DNA of 63,653 nucleotides, the filler included, from Folioceros fuciformis (taxonomy: Eukaryota): the NCBI GenBank assembly GCA_049999805.1. It is 8 parts of 8 records of this genome, joined end to end, with 100 filler letters (N's around TTAATTAATTAA, not from the genome) between each part and the next. Parts side by side here need not be neighbours in the genome. Positions count along the whole stretch, not along the records: positions 21,927 to 29,864 come from JBNGIO010005851.1; positions 29,965 to 39,947 come from JBNGIO010005852.1; 6 more parts are not named here. One strand, given 5' to 3'. Below are positions 24,237 to 36,328 of this stretch, piece after piece. Within the stretch, counting starts at the first letter, position 1; every line of letters starts with the position of its first letter. The notes beneath the pieces were generated by a model. It ran no database searches and was not told the origin of the DNA. It saw only the letters and a program-made list of their open reading frames with translations. The translations under genes and the position numbers were made by a program.

Positions 24237-27200
24237 CGTTCCGCCTAGAACGTTTTCATCATGTGCTGGATCAAGCACAATAGTGTCATTAGCCACCTTT
24301 GGATGTGTAGGGTGAACATCATCAACTACAACCGCTGGAGTGACAGGGGTAATAGAAGCGGCCCCCTCTAAAGCCAAAAAGGAGTCATCCTGAAAAATAG
24401 TAATAGAAGAATCATCAAACGCAAAAGAGTCATAAGGTGGGTCTGAAACACTAGATATAGATGCTGGAGGCATAGTTGCGCCAGGAGGGAGTTGAGCAGC
24501 ATGTTGACGAAGCAAATATCTTCGTTAAAAACCACACTGTGGGAAAGGGTCACATGGCGAGTAATCGGATCAAACAACTTGTAACCCTTCACATCATCAA
24601 AGTAACCCTCAAAACTTCTACGGACTGCCTTCAAATCCAACTTATGACAAATAGCTGTAGGGATATAAGCATAAACAAGTGATCCAAAAATGCGTAGATG
24701 CCCTATACAGGGCTTATTTCCAATCCCTCATAAGGAGTTGTCAATCCAAGCTCCTTAGTAGGCAGGCGGTTGAGAACATAATTTGCAGCCATCAATGCCT
24801 TAGCCCAATATCCACGAGAGAAGTTGGCAAAAGTAAGAGAGGCTAAAGTAGCCTTTTGCAGTGTCCGGTTTTTCCTCTCAGCGAAGGAGTCCTGAGGAGG
24901 AGTATACAGCACAGTGAACCGGTGTTGTATACCTTCAAAAGAGCAAAATTCCTGAAAAGCATTGCTGATGTATTCGCCGTCATTGTCATTGTGTAAAATT
25001 TTTACCTTGTGACCTATTTGCCGGAATGCAAACCGCACCTAGGTTTGAAAACACATAAAAGCCTTGCTTTTATTTCTTAATACATAAACAATACAATAGC
25101 GGCTCCATTCATCTATGAATGTAATAAAATAAGCAGCTCCTCCACATGAGCTGGTGGACATAGGGCCACAAATATCACTATGAATAGTATCCAGAAGGGC
25201 AGAGGCCCTTGTTGAGTGGAGATTCGTATATGGCTTAGAAAATGCTTTACTAAGCTGACAAGAGTCACAAAAGGGGTGACCACAAGAGACATAGGTAAGT
25301 GGATCTCTAAAGCTATCACCCTTCGTAAGAGATGCTAGACACTAGAAATTTACGTGGGCAAGATGACAATGCCAAAGGTGCATTGAAGCTTGTTTTGAAT
25401 GGCATTAACAGACTGAGTGGATTGAGGTTGCACTATGGATTTGACATCTAATAAATACAAATCATGAAAAGGGGTGCCTAAGAAAAGGTCATGACTTGAT
25501 GAAACATGCGTTACAGTGCAACCAATTTGATCAAAGCAGACTTGGCAAGAGTGTTCTTGTGACAACTTAAGCACTGACATCAAATTTTTGGTCATAGAAG
25601 GGATAAATAAAACACCAGATAGTGTGAGTGAAAACTCATGTGGGAGTTGTATGACCACTGAGCCTGAGCCCTTGATAGAAAGCCCACTGTCATCACCCAA
25701 AAGCACAAATTGATTGGCATCATATGTGGGTGAGAAAGTTTTAAATGAGTGTCTGTCAAAACAAATATGAGTGGTAGCTCCTGAATCTAAAAACCAATTT
25801 TATACTTGAGAATGAACGGATGAAAGACAAACAGCTAAGATTGTCGAAGACTTAGCCTTTGTGGTTGTGAGGTTTGATTCAGGAAGACTTGCATCTCGAC
25901 GAGGCTCACTAGCCCTTTTCTTCCGGAAATTCTTCTCAATGTGGCCGGGTATCTTGCACCAATGGCAAGTCATACTTCTGCTTTGGTGCTATTGTAGAAA
26001 ATTAGGATTATATGTGGAACACTGAAAATTCTGGTTGGGGAAGCCACGTCCCTTGCCACGTCCTCGAAAGCCCCCTCTACCTCGAGAAGTGAACGAAATC
26101 CTTAAGTTTGATTGACCACTTGAGCTGGCCTTCATTTTATTAAGGCCACGAGTCCTCTACTCCGCCAAAAGAGCTCCTAACACCTCCTGAAGTGTAATGG
26201 CAGGAGTTGCACGTGCAACTGTTGATTGACCTGCCGTTCTTATAATGGCACTCTGTGCGCTTACAAAAGATTCATATGCTTCAGGTAGGGTTGCAAGTAG
26301 GCTAACAATAGCCTAGACTTCAGTCAAATTTGTTCCACAATATGAAAGGTTAGCACGACAAGTGCAAAACCGGTTAATATAAGCCTCCATGGGCTCGTTA
26401 TCTTTCATGTGGAGGCTGAAAAAATCCCTAGATGCTTGAACAAGGGAAGCCGAGCTCTTGTCCTTATAAATCATCTTAAAGTTATTCCACACATCACTTG
26501 AAGTGGTAGCACCCAAAGTGTGTGTCATCATGTTCCGATCTAGAGCGGAAATAATAATAGTTCTTGCACATCTGTCCTTCTGTTGCCAATCCAAAACGAC
26601 ATCAGGGGCGGCTCCTAGAGCAGGAGCAGGTTGAGACCCATCTACAACCCCCATCAATTCATTTTCTTCTAAAATCTACAACACTCTCATTGCCCATTTG
26701 GTGTAATTTGACCCGTTAAATCTATCTCTATCCTTGAATTCTATCCTAAGAGGAGTTAGGGGAACAAGAGGGAAATGAAAAGGTGCCGCCATTGTATTTA
26801 GTCTAAATTGTAGAGCTTGAGCAGAAAAATCCCATATGGAATACTCTACTACATGAGTTTCTACCTCTGGAGTACTTTGTTTGGAAGTTTATTTGATACT
26901 CTAGTGGTAGAAACTCATGTAGTAGAGTATTCCATATGGGATGGCGTCCCTCCATCAAGGGAGTATCGTTTCCTGTCGGTTTCCTTCACACTTTGATTTC
27001 CATTCTAGCATCTGCATCTTGCAGTTGCGTTCTTACAGCCTACACTGGGCTAATGTACCAAAACGAAAAACATGGCTACAACATCGGCATGGTGATGAGC
27101 AAGGACTAATGCATTTTTTTTTAATTAATTACATCGGCAATAGATTATATTGGCCTGGCTATGATACCATAAATGTCAATAGGATTGACTCCAGCCTATG

Positions 27201-27510
27201 TGCAAGTGTAGGAGAGGAGAGGAGAGGAGAGTTGACTTCAGTCTATGTGCAAGTGTAGGAGAGGAGAAGAGAGTAGAGAGGGTGGTATTGGTGGTCACAA
27301 CCAAAAACAATACACATCACTACTATCTTACTATGGAGGCCCGAGGTCCTCATTTAAGTAGTACATTTAGGGCTACACAACTTTCAGGTTCAATATGGGA
27401 TAATCTACACTATCCTAAGTTCACTAATAACTAAAGCTAGTCTAGTACGAACCTAACCGGGATAAGTAACACACATGAGTTTAGCTTATATAGAGGTCGA
27501 TAACTCAACA
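24237..27510 (-). mobile_element. 5' half of degenerate Copia element C (LTR, PBS, gag, PR, INT)
   Basis: PBS TGGTATCATAGC at 27169-27158, gag IEFKDRDRFNGSNY (~26750), knuckle ~25970, WFLDSGAT ~25800, integrase 25200-24550. Confidence 0.88.
26829..26942. repeat. Long inverted repeat / hairpin in the leader of Copia C
   Basis: ATCCCATATGGAATACTCTACTACATGAGTTTCTACC pairs perfectly (37 bp) with its reverse complement, extending to ~46 bp with 2 mismatches around a ~22-nt loop. Confidence 0.95.
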
Positions 27511-29864
27511 CTCCCCCTCCAGCTCAACATAGCATCTGTATGCCTAACATAGCTCAGAATTTCTTTAGCTTCTCTGCTCCCATTGGCTTAGTAAATATAT
27601 TAGCTATCTGTTCGTCTGTGTTGACTTGACATACACAAGATCAATAACTCCAAATAAAATCCTTTCTCAAAGAAAATAATAATGTACCTCAATGTGTTTC
27701 GTCTTGGCATGAAACATTGGGTTTCGCGCCAACTATATGCTGCTAAGATTGTCACAGTAGATTACAACCTTATCGTTGACCTGCAACCCAAAATCTCCGA
27801 GTAACTTACAAATCCAAGTCACTTCGCACGCTGCCATTGCTACACCTCTGTATTCAGCTACTGTACTAGACAAATCCACTGTAGGCTGCTTCTTGTTAAT
27901 CCATGTTATTGCTGCACTCCCAAGTGAAAATATGAATCCACTTGTAGATCTACGATCTGTAACACTGCTTGCCCAATCTGCATCTGTGTACCCACACAAG
28001 ATTATTTCAGAATCTGCAACATAAAAGAGAGCATGATTCATAGTTGCCTTCACATAGCGCAACGTTCACCTTACTGCATCCAAATATGGCTTTCTTGGCA
28101 CCTGCAGATACTGACTCTGCAGTCCTACTGTATAGTTTAAATCTGGTTTGGATAGAGTGAGATATATCAAACTACCCACAATCTTCCTGTACACTGTTGG
28201 ATCTCCAAGTGCTTCACCATCATGAGCATTGACCTTCAGATTTTGATCCAAAAGAATCGAGATTGGCTTGCACTCAATGTTATCATACTTAGTTAGTACA
28301 TCTGACAAATACTTCCGCTGTGATAGCCAAATGCTGGTGTTGGTTTGTATAATTTCAATGCCCAAGAAGAATTTCAGTTCACCTAGGTCCGTCATGTTGA
28401 ACTCTTGTTGCAGAAGTTCCTTGATCTGCTCCACTTGATCCAGCTGATTACCTCCAATGATTAGATCATCCACATAAATGATCACAAAGACCAGTCCTTT
28501 TGTACTTCTGCACACATACAACGAATGATCCGCATCTGCCATGTTGAATCTGATGTGAATCAGACGCTAAGCAAGACGCTCATGCTAAGCCCTCCGGGCT
28601 TGCTTCAGTCCGTACAACATTTTTTTCAGCTTGCACACATGATTTGGATGATCCAAATCATCATAACCTGGTGGCTGGTCCATGTATACTTCTTCCAACA
28701 ATTCTCCATGTAAGAACGCATTCTTCACATCCATATGATGTAGGACCCAACCTTTCGATGTTGCTAGTGCGATCATGGTTCGAATTGTTGCCATTTTGGC
28801 AACTGGATTGAACGTCTCTTCAAAATCTATTCCATATGTCTGGGCATATCCCTTGGCCACAAGCCTTGCCTTGTACCTTTTGACACTACCATCTGCGTTG
28901 TGTTAAACCTTGTACACCCATTTGCAACCTATTGGTTTCTTGCCTTCAGGTAGTTGTACTAGGTCCCATGTTGCATTTTGATCTAATGCATTCATTTCTT
29001 CATCCATGGCATGTTCCCACTTTGTGTCTCCAATAGCTTCTTCAAAGCTTCTTGGTTCCACATCCTGCACAACCTTTGCCATATAGGCACGGTGCCTAGC
29101 TACATAGCTATCATAGGTCAACCGTTGTATTGGAACCTTCTACCTTCCAGATCTCCATGGGATTGAACCTCTTTTGCACTAGGAGTTTCGATTTTTGGTA
29201 CACTGAATTCCTCATCCAAGTTGTGCTTAGAGTCGCTTGAATCACCTGCACCTGCACTCAAGTGTGGTATCTTTGATTTCTAGATTTTTTCCTTCCCTTT
29301 GCAAGACACAACTATGGAGCTCGTAGGGCTCACACTACTTTGCAACCTACCACTCCATGGATTCTGAACATTTGTTGAGTTTGATAACGCTTGTGGTCCA
29401 CTCAACACTTGTGATTGTTGACTTGCATTGCTTGTTACCTCAGTTTCATGCACATCAGCTACACCACTTGCTTGTACTTCAAAGTACCAGCTAGCCATTT
29501 CATCAAAGACTACGTCTCTGCTTACTCTCATAGCTCATGTACTGGGATTGTAGCACCTGTATCTTTTCTGTGTAGCAGAATACCAAATGAAGACACACTT
29601 TTCTGCTTTTGGATCAAGTTAGTCCGCAACTCATCCAGAATATGGACATAAGCAATGCAACCAAATACCTTTAAGTGTAACAAGTCAGGTTTCTTCCATG
29701 TGAACTTCTCCTCCGGTGTTATACTGTGCACCGCTGCTGTGGGAGTTTTGTTCATGATGTACACTGCTGTGTTTACAACTTCAGCCCAATAGTAGTGAGG
29801 CATCTTCTTCTCTGTCATCAATGCTCTCGCCACTTCTGCTATGTGCCTGTTCTTGCGCTCTGCA
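27174..29864 (-). mobile_element. Copia element D, 3' half (INT-RT-RH, PPT, 337-bp LTR), different family from A and F
   Basis: [55 protein letters not shown] 27520-27511 follows RNase H closely; LTR 27510-27174 TG...CA. Confidence 0.92.
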
Positions 29865-29964
29865 NNNNNNNNNNNNNNNNNNNNNNNNNNNNNNNNNNNN
29901 NNNNNNNNTTAATTAATTAANNNNNNNNNNNNNNNNNNNNNNNNNNNNNNNNNNNNNNNNNNNN

Positions 29965-30814
29965 CCTGATCCTGCAGCAGCTTCGAGGAACGTTCCCGCT
30001 CCGCCCGCGCCGTCGGGCCAGGAGCTCGCTTCCCGCTGCCACGGCTCTCGGAGGAGGAGAAGCTGGAGCGCCTGGCGGCAGCCCGGGGTGTGGCCCCCTC
30101 GGCCCTGCTTCCCATGGCGTCCTTGTCCTCTGGAGTCGGGTCGGACCCGCTCTCACTCCCGCCCTCGGAATCCGAGCCCTCGAAGGCGGATCTTGCCGAC
30201 GAGCTTCGGGAGAGGTAGCTGTCGAACGAGTCCGGATGCACCGGGTCGGGGAGCTGGGGATTGTGGGAGCCGATTCCGGTTCCAGTTGCAGGGCCAGGAG
30301 CTGGAGCTGCAGTCGCAGTGGTAGTTGCAGTTGCAGCTGGCTTTGCAATGCGTGGAACTGGGTCAGGAGAGTGAACGTGAAGGCGATGACGATGTTCCGG
30401 ATCGGATCCGTCCGACTGGAAGGAGCTGGTGCGCCGGGCCCCAGACTCAGACTCCCTCTCCAAAGACAGATCCGGGGACTGCAGGAACGCGGCGCCCTGG
30501 AGTAAAGACACCTTGTCGCCGTCCTCGCCGTCCTTGTCCACGTGCACCTGCAGCTGCTGCGCAGAGTGAGGATCCTGCTGCAAGCTGCCTGCGATTGTCC
30601 CGGGCAACTGCTGTTTCAACACCTCGTAAGTTGACAAGCGGATGGGTCCTATCCTGTTCTCGACCACAATGATCTTGCCGGGCTCGTGCTCGTCAGAGGC
30701 GTCCAGACTGTCGGCTCCGCACAGATCCAACCATGGCTTGCTCAGCATGCAGCCCAGCACCAACAGGATTCCGGAAACGCCCTCAGCAGCAACAGCCAGC
30801 TGAGTACCAAACAT
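29965..30814 (-). CDS. 5' exon of a host gene, Ser/Ala-rich low-complexity protein, truncated by contig end
   Basis: ATG-started GC-rich ORF over 280 codons ending CAG|G at the gap. Terminal ARAERERSSKL loosely resembles a bHLH basic region. Confidence 0.5.
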
Positions 30815-32019
30815 CTAACCGCGCCCGATGGGGGTCTCGGATCTCGACCTCGAGGCGGCTGCGGCTGCGGCTGCTGCTGCTGCTGATGCTCCTGATCCCC
30901 ACCCCTACGTGTACGCCTGCGGATGTTGGCTGGATCCAACCAGGCATGGACGATGCATCAACTCCGGAGCCCGCCCAGCAGCTCCTGCTGGATCGTCCAG
31001 TCGTGGAATTGCAGGTGGCGGTGCCGATTCCGATGCAGATATCGATAGCACCATCGATCTGAGAAGGCGTACGGCAGCAGCAAGGCTCCCAGACGCTCGA
31101 GCCCTCAGATTGTGACGACGGCTTGGGTGCAGCCTCAAGCTATGATGCCCGAAGGCGAGCGGGCCAGGGGGCGTGGCCGGGCGTGCCGTCATGCATTGCA
31201 CGTCACCCACATTCACCACTTCCTTTCTCCCACTATCACCACATGTACCCGGCCTGTACAAACATTTCACATCATCTTACTCCTTTTAACCCAGTTTCCA
31301 TCGCATTCAATTTCACACCCCCAAGGGTTTCTGCCTCCGCTAGGCTCTACCACGCGGACATGTTGCTGTTCCGGGACACGTCCCACTCCAACCCCCCAAG
31401 TCCAACCAATGCCACCACCAACCCATATTATTCTAACCACATATTACTTATAGTACGAAATTCCAAGTGGAAACTCTTGTTCCCAAGGTTAACCAACCTA
31501 CTGCTTGCTGCACTCTACTGTGCTATAAGGCTGTAACGTGTATCTCCTGCTCTCATTGTCTTAACCCCTAATCTAGAACCCTAATCCTATCCCTAACCCT
31601 AACTCTAATCTAATACACAATAACTCTACAAGAAAAACTGCAAAACAAAGAAATTCTTATACTACCCTATCGAATTTTTCAGGTTAGGGCTAATGGCCCG
31701 AGCACAGGTAGAGAACACACGGTGCCCAGCAACTGCCTGGTGCACGTATGCAGGATGTAGCCAACTGAGAGATGCACTCCACTTCTCGGAACGCTGATCC
31801 GCAAACGATGTGGTGACACGAATTGCATATCTTCTGGGCATGCGCAACAAGGGCTCGCATGCTGAAGAGGCGCTTGTTCTGCATGCACAGACGGAGCAAA
31901 AGAGCCTCTGCTTTGGCTCACCGTGTTACTCCTGCTTTCCTTCGAAAGGCCTTTGCAAGCACTGTCGCTTGACAAGATGGATGCATTCCCTGATTGTAGA
32001 AACACCTGAACAGATGGAT

Positions 32020-32430
32020 AAGATGCTGCCGGAAAACTGTCTGGTCCACATTATGCAAAAATGTGGTGAACTCGCAGATGCACGGTCAGTTTTTCACTGC
32101 TTGGCCACAACGGGATGCGCCCATGGACGGGTATGCACAGCAACGATCCATCTAAGAGGTGCTTCTTCTCTCCGTATGGACAAATGGAGCAAAAAGGCTC
32201 TCATTTTTTGGCTGAGGATGTTAACCTTTTGCTTGCCTTCTCTGGAAGAACTGGTGCGTTGCAGAAGGAGGTCAGGGACTGCCAGAGATTCGTGAATGGG
32301 GTCTGCCGGGTAAGGCATTCTTCGCCAGGGCCACTGCTTGGTCGACTGATGCATGCAAAAGGTGGCACACTGGAAGTTGCACGCTAGGCATTCTGACTGC
32401 CTGCCATCAACCCTGACATGTCTCTATGGT
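32020..32430 (+). pseudogene. Degenerate PLS-PPR fragment
   Basis: NCLVHIMQKCGELADARSVF and MHAKGGTLEVAR resemble S-motif LV.MYAKCG.L.DAR.VF. Frameshifted. Confidence 0.55.
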
Positions 32431-32740
32431 GCTCGTGAGCCATTGAGATGACTCACTAATTTTGCTATTAGGATTTCTGCTAGTCCTTGATGAGAAAGGC
32501 ACTAGCTTGTTTGAACGACATGTTAGATAGCTACAACTCTTTGCTGCCTTTCAGTACTATGTATATGCTAGAACTCATGATCTGAACAAGTACACTTGCC
32601 CAGGGTACGACATAGTCACTAGGTGGGCTAGCAGGACATTTTAGCTCACTCTTGCTACTGCAGCGAGTGAGCTAACCCCAACAAAAAAATTTACGTTTTG
32701 TGTGCATCCAGACCACCATCCATTCATAGGCCTGGAAGCT

Positions 32741-34269
32741 CTAGAATCGACAGTCCTGAAGAAGGATACCCCAGTCTACCACAGGCTGCCCATCCATGTA
32801 CTCCCAATCGTCTTGCACGTAGATGTTGCGGCTTTTGTCGAGATGCGAGGCAGGATCCAGGAGGAGGGCAGCTTTGGTGCGGTCTGGCCTGGGCGCGTCC
32901 TGCCTCCGGTTGCGGTAGCGGGCGGGATTCTTTGCGTTAAGAAGCTGCTCAGCGGGTGCTACGATGGCATCGGCGGCGATCTCGACTGTGGTGAGCAGCG
33001 AAATCTGAGTCAGGGGTCCCGACAGCACCCTGTGGTACATTGCATGGTACCTGCCATTGCTGATGGTCTGCAATGTTGGGCAAAACAATTCGGGTGCCAT
33101 CAGTACTAGTACGCCTAGCTACAGCCGTCGGTAATCCCGGGAGTCGATATCTCGCATTTTTCGAAGCAATTGCAAACTCCATGGCAGACAGTAGTGAGTG
33201 ACGAGCTTAGCTTAGCAAGTATGCACATACCTCGATATCGTTCCCGAGGTGGACCAACCCTTCGTCCAGGAGGGCGGGCGTGGTGAGCCACTGGCCGTCC
33301 ACATAGTACTGCACGCCCCTCGCACCGTCGGACAGGTTGATGTTGAACATGTCGGGGTCGCAGTGCGCTGCCAGGGCCGGAGCTGGGATCTGCCCTTCAG
33401 GGACCTCCTGCGGCGGAGTGCTGGACAGAGACACGCTGGTCATCAACGGCCCGTACTGGTCGGCGATGTACGATTCTGGCAGCCCCAGACCCTCTACCAG
33501 CAGGCCCTGCAAGAAGATGGCCACCCGATGCATTTGTTCCACGTACAGCTCCACCTTCTCCCTGCAATCAGTAATGCATTCAGCAGCCAGCAACCAACAG
33601 CGCCGGCACCCAAGTCACGAATTCCCGCTTTGAAGGACACTGAAGCATGAAAATGAGGCGTCCTGCATACCTGGCTTCCATCTGGATCCGAATTTCGGAT
33701 GCACGTACATAAAAAGAGTACCCCTACCTGAAGCCGGCAGATAAGGCCGCCTGTTGCTCCGGCCAGGCGTTCTCCCTCCTCCTCCATTCCGGGTAGGCGA
33801 GAAGGCGGTACTCCTCCCTGAATCTGGCATTCGCCTCCGTCTCGGACCCCTCGGCCCTGCTCCACTTGTAGACGTAGCCCACAGTCCCGTGCTCCATGCT
33901 CCCCGTCTTGTTACACTTCGCCTTCTCCTCCACGGGCTGGTCAAAGAATTCCTTTGTCAAATGCCGGACATCGTCCACCAGAGCCTTGTCCACCCCGAAG
34001 TTGCTTATGAAGAAGAGGCCCACTTCCGCCGCCGCTCGGATCTCGTCCACCAGCTCGGCTCGCCTTGTGGGCGACACCGCCAGGCCCCCCAGGTTCACCG
34101 TTCTCTTCACCAGCACCGTCTGCTCTCTGGTCCAGCTTTCCGGGGACTCTTTGGGAAACGCCGACATCAACGCCGACGTCGTCACAGGCCCGTGATGCAG
34201 CGGGAACCTGGCAACGGGCACCAGATTGTGGCTGTGCAACGTTAACGGCACTGCGCATAGGGCCGCCAT
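32741..34269 (-). CDS. 2-oxoglutarate/Fe(II)-dependent dioxygenase (DOXC-like), exons 34269-33728, 33561-33231, 33067-32741
   Basis: DIOX_N features (EIRAAAEVGLFFISNFGV, KEFFDQPVEEK), HCD iron motif, GNDIE|TISNGRY and HRV. Both introns are GT-AG and in phase. The start could also be ATG 34167. Confidence 0.9.
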
Positions 34270-36328
34270 ATCGCCAGCTGATGGTACTGCTGAAGGCCCT
34301 TGATCGTGATTGATCCCGCCGTGCAGATCCCGCTGTCCGTCGATCAAGAAAATCTGCAGAACTGAATAAGATGAAGCACGCCTACGCTGCGCAGCTGCTG
34401 CTGGCTCAATTGAGTCTGGACCTGGGTTCCGAGGTATTGTGGGTTTGCGAGCACGTTATATTGGCTAGAGCTCCCGGATTTGCCTGCCATAATGGATTCA
34501 GCGCCCCTGGGCGCCAATATGCTTGAGAGCCTACCACAACAGTGGATACCTGCAAGCTGACGGATCACTCCTCCTCGGAGGCAGGTATCTGCACTTGGGT
34601 CCTGCCAAATCAGTTCATGAATGTCGTCACCTCTGCCGATTTCAGCAAACACCACGGAAAAGGCTGCGGGCCCGGAGCACAGCATACCGGTCCTTCCCCG
34701 TTCGCCATGGCCGATGAGGCCGGCAGCCCGATCCGGCCGTCACTTGGTCGTTGCCGGCCTGGCCCCTGTCCGATCGCCTCATGTCCCTCCCTACACAAGG
34801 ATTTAGTAACAATAATAGTGAATTGTACAAATAATTGAGAACGTGAACACTTTATAAATATGCAACGGACGGCAAGTTCCCAACAACACGGGGTCCATGG
34901 GGAACATTTCTTCATGGGGCGGGGCCGTGGGAACAATCCTAGGCTGTGTCTATTCATTGCTCTCAGGCTGCTACTAACCAACATTTCATTTCGTTTGTTA
35001 CTGGGCTTGTGTGTTGCCTCCCATTCTTTCTCCAGAGCTTGTGTCCTTTGGCAGTAATATTGGATTGGCAAGCGAATCAAATTTCGTTTCCTGTAGGATC
35101 TTTGGACAGGTTGTGTTCATATGCTTCCAACGTTAATAGCGAGAGGTGCATTTTTCACTTCCAGCCTTCTATTCGTCCTTAATTGTCCGTATTCTTGGTG
35201 CAAGAGGTGATATCAGTGATGGAGTTCAATTCATATTCACCACCATTGTTAGTTCTCCCTTTGAATGGCCTGTCCTAATATGGATACGGTCATCGGGATT
35301 CTGTTGGTGTGAGGGAAAAAGCTGCCTTGATAAACGGCGGCAATTTGGGCCATCACAGAGATGACCACATCAGCTCAATGCCCCCTACTCAATGCCTCAT
35401 TTTTCCTTTGTCTTGGACAAATCTTTCTCACACAGGAGACGATCATCTTTGTGTGGGTGATGCTAAGGTTTGCTATGTTACCAAGGTTTCAGTGGTTGCA
35501 GTGACCATACGGGCTTTGGGCTTCCGTGTAAATGAGCATAGGATCTTTCCGGTGGATGCAACTGAGCGTAGGAAAGCCCATGGACATAGGACTCAGATTA
35601 GGAGGGTCCCAGAGAAATCTGCGCTTTCTTATTACCATATCCTTGCATTATTATCAGAGACGACCTACCGAAGGAGCCCATTCCCACTCTTCTGCCACTC
35701 TGTTGCCCTAGAAATAGCTACACAGGATGGAAAGGGGTTCAAACGTCCCTCTGCACTAGGGGCACTAATGAGGTCGTTGTTGCCACCAAGCACCTCCAAA
35801 CATGGACTGTCGCATTGCGTGCAAATTCTCTATGATAATGCTGCTCCCGGGCACCAACAATACGGCCTCCAGGGCCCATTTCTTGCTGGCTTGAGACGAG
35901 GGCGCCACCCACATTTTACGATGCCAAGATTGGGCTTCGTTTTACAAACGCTACCAAGTTTTTGTAGGCATTCTTCCAAACAATCTGTCGAGACTGAAAA
36001 CAATCACGATGTGGGCGGTGTCCCTATCGATTTTCCCTAGTCCCAATCATCGAACGTGAATATTGACTTATAGCAGCAGATGATAGTGGTGTGAAAGAGA
36101 TGAATTTGTGAAGGCTGAAGGTCAAGATTGAACATCTGACGCATACTGATTCCCAGTTTTTCGAGTCACAAGCCTGACTGCCTCACACGGAGCCATGGCT
36201 GCCTGGAGGCTTGAGCGCAGTCTGGGAAGAGCTTCGTCTGGCCTGACTCTGAGGAACAAAAGGCTTCCAAACAACAACGGAGCCGGTCGGTGCAGCAACA
36301 AATTTGCAAGAGATCAACCCCGATTAAG

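Noticed and set aside
31560-31625. Degenerate CCCTAA telomere-like tract
   Set aside because: Short and degenerate, consistent with common telo-box-like interstitial motifs.
35309-36040. 243-codon ORF upstream of the PPR gene
   Set aside because: Non-ATG start, no motifs and no convincing splice pattern; probably spurious.
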